DNA from: Deltaproteobacteria bacterium
GTDB taxonomy: Bacteria; Myxococcota_A; UBA9160; UBA6930
Reading direction: 5' to 3'
DNA length: 64,000 nt
Assembly (NCBI GenBank): GCA_028817435.1
Contig: JAPPPQ010000005.1
Coordinates: forward strand, 3,408-67,407
Translations under genes and position numbers: made by a program
In this document: positions 58,057 to 64,000 of the stretch, in pieces
How the letters are laid out: each line of letters opens with the position of its first letter
Position numbering within the stretch: position 1 is the first letter of the stretch
The notes under the pieces: model-generated
The model's database searches: none
What the model saw: only the letters and a program-made list of their open reading frames with translations
What the model was told of the DNA's origin: nothing

Positions 58057-60990
58057 GTGGCCGACCGAAACACCGAAGCGACGCTGAACGATGCGCTGGC
58101 GCGGGGGTTGCGCGAGCTGCGCAAGCGGCTGTGGCATTCCAGCAGCGCGGAAGTCCGCGGCTATCTGCAGGGCAGGCAGCCCGATATCCTCATCCGCATT
58201 GACCCGGGAAGCCACGCCATTATCGAAACCGAACTGGCGGGCAACCCGGACCGCGACGCCGCCCAGCGCCTGCAGCAATGCATCGAGCAGCGCGGCAATC
58301 GCGTCAATGCGGTCGTGGCCCTCAACTGGCCCGCGCGCTTCGCCACCATTCCCCAAAGCCAACTCGATGCCGAAATCCGGCGCGCAGCCGATATCGATGT
58401 GGCATTCCACCAGCGCGCCGGAAACACTGTGCAGCGCTACCCCGAACAGGGGTTTATCCCTCTCGACCTGCCCGGATTGGCGGCCGCCGTGGATCAGATC
58501 GCACAGCCCATGGACGCCATCGAGCAGGCCGCCTCCATTCTCGACAACGCCACGGAGAATGTGGCGGCGGTGGTTGCCGAAAGCGGCGGCGGACAATGGG
58601 CGGATGTCACGGATATCCTCCGCCAAAAGGAAGACGCCGACGGAAAGCTCCACCGCATGGCCGCCAGCATTGTCGCCAACGCGCTGCTCTTCCAGGAGAG
58701 CATCGCACAACTCGAACACTCCGAAACCGGAGAGCCTGTCCGCCACATCGCCGAAATGCTCGACGCTGAGAGACTTCAGCAAATGCAGACAACCCGGCTC
58801 TCCGCCACCATCGCGCACTGGAACTTCATCCTGCAGATCAATTACTGGCCCATCTTCGAGATCGCCAAGAACCTGATCTCCGGGCTGCCCACCGGCGCCG
58901 CTGGGCGCATCCTGGAGATCCTGAGCGGGGCCGTCGCGCAGGTGGTGGATCTGGGCGCAAGCGCTTCTCACGATTTCACCGGTCTGGTGTTTCAGAAGCT
59001 CATCGCAGACCGCAAGCAACTGGCGGCCTTCTACACGCTGCCCGCCAGCGCAGAGTTTCTCGCCGAGTGGTGCTTTCCGGGATTGCCCGGAGACTGCAAG
59101 ATGCGCGTGGCAGATTTCGCCTGCGGCACGGGCACGCTGCTCTCTGCGGCTTGCCGCCGCAGCGCCCGGGAAATTCTGGAGACGCGGGAAGTGGAGAGGG
59201 AAGACGCTTACCGGGATGTGATGGAGCGCATGGCCACCGGGCTGGATGTGCTCCCCCCGGCCGTGCATCTCACGGCCTCCCTGCTTTCCAGTATGTCGCC
59301 CAAGACCACCTACGGGCATTCCAACATTCACCTCATGCCTTACGGGAAGGTCGAGGGCCTTTCGGGGCTGCACATTGGCTCGCTCGAGATGCTGAAGAAG
59401 GACACAGTGCCTTTCTCCGTCGGTGGCATGGCGCACGCACCGGATCAGGTCAGCGCTTCGCCCAGCAGCAGCATGGCGGGGCAATCCGGCGATGCGCGTT
59501 TGGTGGATGCCGCGGACAACAGCTTTGACTGGGTGGTGATGAATCCGCCCTTTACGAGGAACACGAATCACGCCGCCCAGCGCGCGGGGATTCCCATGCC
59601 CGCATTCGCGGGCATGGAGAACTCCGAGGCCGAGCAGCGGGCCATGACGAATAGCTTGAAGCGGCTCTACGCAAAGCGCGCGAAGCCCTACGCACAAAAC
59701 AGCAACGCGGGGCTGGCGACGCCTTTCATAGACCTGGCCTATGCGAAGCTGAAGCCCGGCGGGTCGCTTTCGATGATTTTGCCTTTGAGTCTGGCCAACG
59801 CGCAGGATTGGTCGCGGGCGCGCGCCACCATCGCGCACTGGTTCACGGATGTGAAGGTGGCGGCCATTCGCCAGGGGCACCCCGGCGGGATGTCGTTTTC
59901 TGCATCCACCGGCATGGGCGAATGCATCTTGTCTGCCCGGAAGCGGGACGCGCACAATGGCCCCTGCCGCAAGCCGCAGCAGACGGCGACAGCGGTTGTG
60001 CTGCACGAGCCGCCCCGCATTCCGCTGCGGGCAGTGCTCACGGCTCTGCAGATTCAGAGGGGCGATCCGGGCAGCGCCGCCACCGTTTTTGAATTTGAGA
60101 TTCACGACGACGGGCGTCCGTGGGGGACGATAACGACTGACGATCCTGAGCTTTTGGAAATGGCCGCGGAGTTGCTGAGCGGGCAGATCAATGGGTGCGA
60201 GATTCCAATGACGAACTTCGGAGAGATCGGCTTCCTCGGCCCCTACGCATTCGACATTCTCGGAACGGAGGAGAGGCCGGACGGCCTGCACCGCGGCCCC
60301 TTTGAGGCGAGGGCTCCCGCCACACCGGGTGTGCGGCCCCGCTACCACAGTCTCTGGAATCACAACCACAAACTGGAGCAGTCCCTCGAAAGGCGCGGGG
60401 CCTGGACACACAACCTCGCCCCTCGGAAATACCACTCCGCCCGGCTGCAGGCGGAGAACCGGAAGCGGCTGGGAAAAATCTGGAAGCTGCGCAGTCACAT
60501 CCACTGGAATCAGGATTTCCAATTCAATTCTCAAGCCACTTCATGCATTCACACGGCAACAGCCACTCTCGGCGGAAACGCTTGGCCCGGCTGCCAGTTT
60601 CACGACAAGAACCACGCCATTCCCTTCCTGCTCTGGATGAATTCCACCTTGGGTATGCTCGCCTACTGGCATCAGAGCAGCCGCCAGCAATCCGGCCGCG
60701 GCCGCATTGCCTTCAAGGCCGCCGCCCTGGTCCCCGTCTTCGATTTCCGCACCCTGCGAAAGCGCCAGATTGAGAAGGCCATCGCCCTCTTCAAGGAACT
60801 GAAGAAGAATCCCATGCGCCCCCTCAACGAGATTGACGAAGACGAGAATCGCAAGCTGCTTGATGAGCGCTTCTACCGGGAGGTTTTGAATCTCCCCGCA
60901 GAGCTTCACGAGCCGGGCGGCTTCCTCGAAACCCTGCGGGCCAAGCTGGCCCGGGAGCCCTCCATCCAGGGCGGCAAGCGGCCGAAGTGA
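58057..60990 (+). CDS. Large single-chain nuclease-like / gamma-class N6-adenine DNA methyltransferase / target-recognition-domain protein (Type IIG-like architecture)
   Basis: 3' 2.9 kb of track ORF 57439..60990; candidate internal GTG at 58057 after GGGGGCGGGGG. The N-terminal region has QPDILIRIDPGSHAIIETELAG (PD...ExE, PD-(D/E)xK-like). The helical MTase N-domain is GLVFQKLIADRKQLAAFYTLPASAEFLAEW. Motif I is VADFACGTGTLL and motif IV is DWVVMNPPFTR. The C-terminus is TRD-like: AIPFLLWMNSTLGMLAYW...GRIAFKAAALVPVFDF. A/T-richer than its flanks (line 60481-60540 is 28/60 G+C by hand count). Confidence 0.8.
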   Translation: MADRNTEATLNDALARGLRELRKRLWHSSSAEVRGYLQGRQPDILIRIDPGSHAIIETELAGNPDRDAAQRLQQCIEQRGNRVNAVVALNWPARFATIPQSQLDAEIRRAADIDVAFHQRAGNTVQRYPEQGFIPLDLPGLAAAVDQIAQPMDAIEQAASILDNATENVAAVVAESGGGQWADVTDILRQKEDADGKLHRMAASIVANALLFQESIAQLEHSETGEPVRHIAEMLDAERLQQMQTTRLSATIAHWNFILQINYWPIFEIAKNLISGLPTGAAGRILEILSGAVAQVVDLGASASHDFTGLVFQKLIADRKQLAAFYTLPASAEFLAEWCFPGLPGDCKMRVADFACGTGTLLSAACRRSAREILETREVEREDAYRDVMERMATGLDVLPPAVHLTASLLSSMSPKTTYGHSNIHLMPYGKVEGLSGLHIGSLEMLKKDTVPFSVGGMAHAPDQVSASPSSSMAGQSGDARLVDAADNSFDWVVMNPPFTRNTNHAAQRAGIPMPAFAGMENSEAEQRAMTNSLKRLYAKRAKPYAQNSNAGLATPFIDLAYAKLKPGGSLSMILPLSLANAQDWSRARATIAHWFTDVKVAAIRQGHPGGMSFSASTGMGECILSARKRDAHNGPCRKPQQTATAVVLHEPPRIPLRAVLTALQIQRGDPGSAATVFEFEIHDDGRPWGTITTDDPELLEMAAELLSGQINGCEIPMTNFGEIGFLGPYAFDILGTEERPDGLHRGPFEARAPATPGVRPRYHSLWNHNHKLEQSLERRGAWTHNLAPRKYHSARLQAENRKRLGKIWKLRSHIHWNQDFQFNSQATSCIHTATATLGGNAWPGCQFHDKNHAIPFLLWMNSTLGMLAYWHQSSRQQSGRGRIAFKAAALVPVFDFRTLRKRQIEKAIALFKELKKNPMRPLNEIDEDENRKLLDERFYREVLNLPAELHEPGGFLETLRAKLAREPSIQGGKRPK

Positions 60991-61018
60991 AGGCCACGCA
61001 AGCCAGTGTCCGGCCGTC

Positions 61019-61031
61019 GGCACCCCGCCCG
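61019..61031. repeat. Right copy of the imperfect direct repeat bracketing the methyltransferase module
   Basis: Read directly: ggcaccccgcccg at 61019-61031, 29 nt after the stop at 60988-90. Confidence 0.45.
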
Positions 61032-61116
61032 CATACGCGCCCTGCTCGCCCCCGCGGCGGGTGATATCGCCTCGCAAAACGCCCGGCGCAGTAATCCGTC
61101 GGCCGCCCGCCGGGCG

Positions 61117-61956
61117 TCAGCCCTCGGCGGGGGGAAGCTGGCCGGACTCTGCCAGCAGAGCGGCGCGGCGCAGCATGAGTTCCTTCCACTCGGGGTGCGT
61201 GAGAATCCAGAAGCGCCGCTGGCGGATGGCGCTCACGACCAGTTCGGCGACGGCATCGGGGGGCATGCCTTCCTCGGCCAGGGCGCGGCCCGCCTCGCTG
61301 CGGAATGTGAGTTCCGCCGGCGTCGGGCCGCCGGGGGGGCGCAGCGCGTCGGGGCGGTTGCGGTCGGCCTCGGTAATGCGCGTCAGCACATTGCCGGGGC
61401 AAAGCACGCTGACGCCCACCTTCGATCCCGCTTCGGCGAGCTCGTGGTGCAGCGTCTCCATCAGCGCCACCACGCCGAACTTCGAGACATTGTAAGCGCC
61501 GAGGCCGGGCACCGCGGCGAGACCGGCGATGGAGGCAGTAGCGAGCATATGGCCCTCGCCCTGCTCGACCAGGCGCGGCGTGAAGACGCGCACGCCGTGG
61601 ATCACGCCCCACAAATTCACGCGCAGCACCCAGTCCCAGTCCTGCGGCGCCAGCTCGTGGGCGGGGCCGGCGCAGACCACGCCGGCGTTGTTCGCAATCA
61701 CATGGGCCGCGCCGAAGCGCTCGAAGGCGGCGTCGGCCAGCGCCTCCACCTGCTCCGCGCTGGACACATCGGTGGGCCGGGTCAGAAGCTCCGCGCCCCC
61801 GGATTCCAGCGCGCGCGCAGACTCTGCCAGCGCCGCCTCTTCCACATCCGCCAGCACCAGGCGCATGCCCTCGGCGGCGAAGCGCCGCGCCATGGCGAAG
61901 CCAATGCCACTGGCCGCGCCGGTCACGACGGCCACGCGCCCCCGCAGTTCCCGCAT
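61117..61956 (-). CDS. Short-chain dehydrogenase/reductase (SDR) family oxidoreductase
   Basis: Track ORF 61117..61956. VAVVTGAASGIGFA, NNAG, catalytic YNVSK. Confidence 0.88.
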   Translation of the reverse strand: MRELRGRVAVVTGAASGIGFAMARRFAAEGMRLVLADVEEAALAESARALESGGAELLTRPTDVSSAEQVEALADAAFERFGAAHVIANNAGVVCAGPAHELAPQDWDWVLRVNLWGVIHGVRVFTPRLVEQGEGHMLATASIAGLAAVPGLGAYNVSKFGVVALMETLHHELAEAGSKVGVSVLCPGNVLTRITEADRNRPDALRPPGGPTPAELTFRSEAGRALAEEGMPPDAVAELVVSAIRQRRFWILTHPEWKELMLRRAALLAESGQLPPAEG

Positions 61957-61958
61957 AC

Positions 61959-63011
61959 CTACGCCCCGGCGGAACCCGGAGACGCCTGGGCGTCGGCGAG
62001 CTTCAGCAATTGCTTGCCGAGGTTGCTGCCATCGAAGAGCCGCAGAAAAGTCGCGGGAACATTCTCAATGCCCTGCTGAATGTCCTCCGCGTGGGCCATG
62101 CCGCCCTCGGCCACCCAGCGCGCGAGTTCGGCCACCGCCTGCGGCGCGCGCTTCATGTGATCTATGACGATGAAGCCCCGCAGCGTGAGCCGCCGGATCA
62201 CAATCTGCATATAGTTGCGCGGCCCCGGCGGCAGCTTCTCGTCGTTGTATTGCGAGATGGCGCCACAGAGCACAATGCGCCCGCGCTCCGCCATGTTCAG
62301 CAGCGCGGCGTCGAGAATCTCGCCGCCCACATTGTCGAAGAACAAATCCACGCCCCGCGGAAACTCCTCGCGCAGGCGGCGCGAAACGGAACCTGCGCGG
62401 TAGTCAATGGCAGCGTCGAGCCCCGCCTCGTCGCGCAGCCAGGCGCATTTGCGGGGGCCGCCCGCAATGCCCACCACCTTCGACGCGCCGCGCAGCCGGG
62501 CAATCTGCGCCGCCACCGAGCCCGTGGCCCCCGCCGCGCCGGAAACCAGCACTGCATCGCCCTCGCGCAGTTCGCCGATATCGAGTATGCCGAAGTAGGC
62601 GGTGAGTCCGGTGGCGCCGAGCACGCTCAGCGCCAGCTCCGGCGCAGCGCCCGGGGGCAGCTTGGCCGGAGCGCCCAGCGCGCCGCCGCGCTGCGGATCG
62701 CAGAGGGCGAACTCCTGCCAGCCGAAGAGCCCCGTCACCAAATCGCCTTCGGCGAAATCCGCATGGCGCGAGCGGAGCACCTGCCCCACCGCGCTGGCCC
62801 GCATCACCTCGCCGATCTGCACCGGCGGCACATAGCTCTTGACATCGTTGATCCAGCCGCGCATGGCGGGATCGAAAGAGAGGTAGAGGTTGCGCACCAG
62901 CACCTGCCCCTCCGCCGGTTCCGGGACGGGCTCCTGGACAAACTCAAAGTTCGCCTCGGACACCATGCCATCGGGCCGCGTGCGCAGCCGCCACTGGCCG
63001 TTTTTCGCCAT
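61959..63011 (-). CDS. NADP-dependent alkenal/one oxidoreductase (MDR superfamily, YncB/CurA/PTGR-like)
   Basis: 3' part of track ORF 61959..63650; ATG at 63011 after AGGAGGA (MAKNGQWRLRTRPDG). LYLSFDPAMRGW, VSGAAGATGSVAAQIA, GRIVLCGAISQYN. Confidence 0.85.
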   Translation of the reverse strand: MAKNGQWRLRTRPDGMVSEANFEFVQEPVPEPAEGQVLVRNLYLSFDPAMRGWINDVKSYVPPVQIGEVMRASAVGQVLRSRHADFAEGDLVTGLFGWQEFALCDPQRGGALGAPAKLPPGAAPELALSVLGATGLTAYFGILDIGELREGDAVLVSGAAGATGSVAAQIARLRGASKVVGIAGGPRKCAWLRDEAGLDAAIDYRAGSVSRRLREEFPRGVDLFFDNVGGEILDAALLNMAERGRIVLCGAISQYNDEKLPPGPRNYMQIVIRRLTLRGFIVIDHMKRAPQAVAELARWVAEGGMAHAEDIQQGIENVPATFLRLFDGSNLGKQLLKLADAQASPGSAGA

Positions 63012-63024
63012 GTTTCCTCCTGGT

Positions 63025-64000
63025 TCAGCGCTCCAGGCGCTCCGCCAGCGCTTGCAGTTGCCCGCGCAGTTCATCGGGCAGCCGCGCGCCGAAGCGCTCG
63101 AAGTGCGCCGCAATGCGCGGCAATTCGGCAAGCCAGTCTTCGCGCCGGAAGCCCAGCAGCTCGTCGAGATGCCCGCCGGGCAATCCGAGTCCCTCGACGG
63201 GAAGCTGCCCGGGCGCCGGCAACCGGCCGATGGGAGTCTCCCGCGCCTCGCCCCGGCCGGCGCAGCGCTCGAAAATCCAGGCCAGCACGCGGCTGTTCTC
63301 GCCAAAGCCGGGCCACAAAAAAGCGCCATCGCCACCGCGCCGGAACCAGTTGACATGGAAAATGCGCGGCAGCGCCGCCGCATTGTGCGCGCGGCCCATG
63401 TGCAGCCAGTGTGCGAAGTAATCGCCCATGTTGTAGCCGCAGAAGGGCAGCATGGCGAAGGGGTCGTAGCGCAGCGCGCCCACGGCGCCTGCTGCGGCGG
63501 CGGTCTTTTCCGAAGCCATGGTGGCGCCGAGAAACACGCCGTGCTGCCAGTCGAAGGCCTCGAGCACCAGCGGCATGGCCCCCGCGCGGCGTCCGCCGAA
63601 GAGCAACGCCGAAATCGGCACGCCCTCGGGATCCTGCCACTCGGAGGCAATGCTGGGACTCTGCTGCGCCGGCGCGGTGAAGCGCGCGTTCGGATGGGCG
63701 GCGGGCCGCTCCGCCTCCGGCGTCCAGTCCTCGCCGCGCCAATCCACCAGGTGCGCGGGCTTGTTTCGGCTCAGGCCCTCCCACCAGACATCGCCGTCGT
63801 CGGTGAGCGCAACATTGGTGAAGATGGTGTTGCGCGAGATGGTATGCACCGCATTGGGATTCGTATCGAGCCCGGTGCCCGGCGCGACGCCGAAGAAGCC
63901 CGCCTCCGGGTTGATGGCGTAGAGCCGCCCGTCTGCGCCGGGCTTCATCCAGGCAATATCGTCGCCGATGGTCTCGACCTTCCAGCCCGGCAGCGCCGGC
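63025..64000 (-). CDS. pckG: Phosphoenolpyruvate carboxykinase (GTP), C-terminal part (gene continues past the right window edge)
   Basis: Track ORF 63025..63948, and the frame stays open to 64000. [46 protein letters not shown]. Confidence 0.9.
   Translation of the reverse strand, partial: PALPGWKVETIGDDIAWMKPGADGRLYAINPEAGFFGVAPGTGLDTNPNAVHTISRNTIFTNVALTDDGDVWWEGLSRNKPAHLVDWRGEDWTPEAERPAAHPNARFTAPAQQSPSIASEWQDPEGVPISALLFGGRRAGAMPLVLEAFDWQHGVFLGATMASEKTAAAAGAVGALRYDPFAMLPFCGYNMGDYFAHWLHMGRAHNAAALPRIFHVNWFRRGGDGAFLWPGFGENSRVLAWIFERCAGRGEARETPIGRLPAPGQLPVEGLGLPGGHLDELLGFRREDWLAELPRIAAHFERFGARLPDELRGQLQALAERLER

Noticed and set aside
61006-61025. Similarity of gtgtccggccgtcggcaccc to the 3' end of tRNA-Thr (gagtccgcccgttggctcca, 57403-57422), considered as a possible attR of a tRNA-integrated island spanning coaE and the methyltransferase.
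   Set aside because: Only 15 of 20 positions match. There is no integrase. It would also place housekeeping coaE, which has normal composition, inside the island. The 58016/61019 repeat explains the compositional boundary better.

Overview
High-G+C chromosomal segment from a diderm bacterium, judged from lpxD, a TonB-dependent receptor, a LolA-like protein and an FtsX-type ABC exporter. I support about 52 protein genes and one tRNA-Thr(CGU). I found no rRNA, CRISPR array, integrase or transposase. Most of the window is tightly packed housekeeping: mdh-icd, aspS, polA, cysK, rnhB, lpxD, a contiguous frdABCD-hemA-hemC-cobA/hemD-hemB block, rph-rdgB, ribE, thrC-hom, hppA, topB, trpS, coaE and pckG. 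Many neighbours share overlapping stop/start codons. Many long track ORFs are G+C-driven antisense shadows or artificial 5' extensions, so I re-derived starts by reading the sequence. The track also counts GTG and TTG as starts. The accessory signal is four DNA methyltransferase genes with four different motif IV variants, each in a visibly A/T-richer islet with no separate restriction gene beside it: DPPF fused to HNH, SPPY with an N-terminal HTH, DPQY, and NPPF. The most interesting locus is 57439-60990. There the dephospho-CoA kinase gene, directly after tRNA-Thr, reads with no stop codon into a ~980-aa nuclease-like / gamma-class N6-methyltransferase / specificity-domain protein of single-chain Type IIG-like architecture. 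That module is bracketed by an imperfect direct repeat. Other points worth a second look: (1) ribE, a LolA-like gene and an outer-membrane barrel gene lie colinear in one reading frame, with a missing stop and then a missing canonical start. (2) A hidden 30-codon bS22-like basic peptide gene. (3) An in-frame mgtE remnant. (4) A periplasmic LigE-type ligase. (5) A cluster of G-quadruplex motifs upstream of topB. (6) A secreted protein combining a trypsin-like domain with its serine replaced, a VWA domain and a coiled coil.
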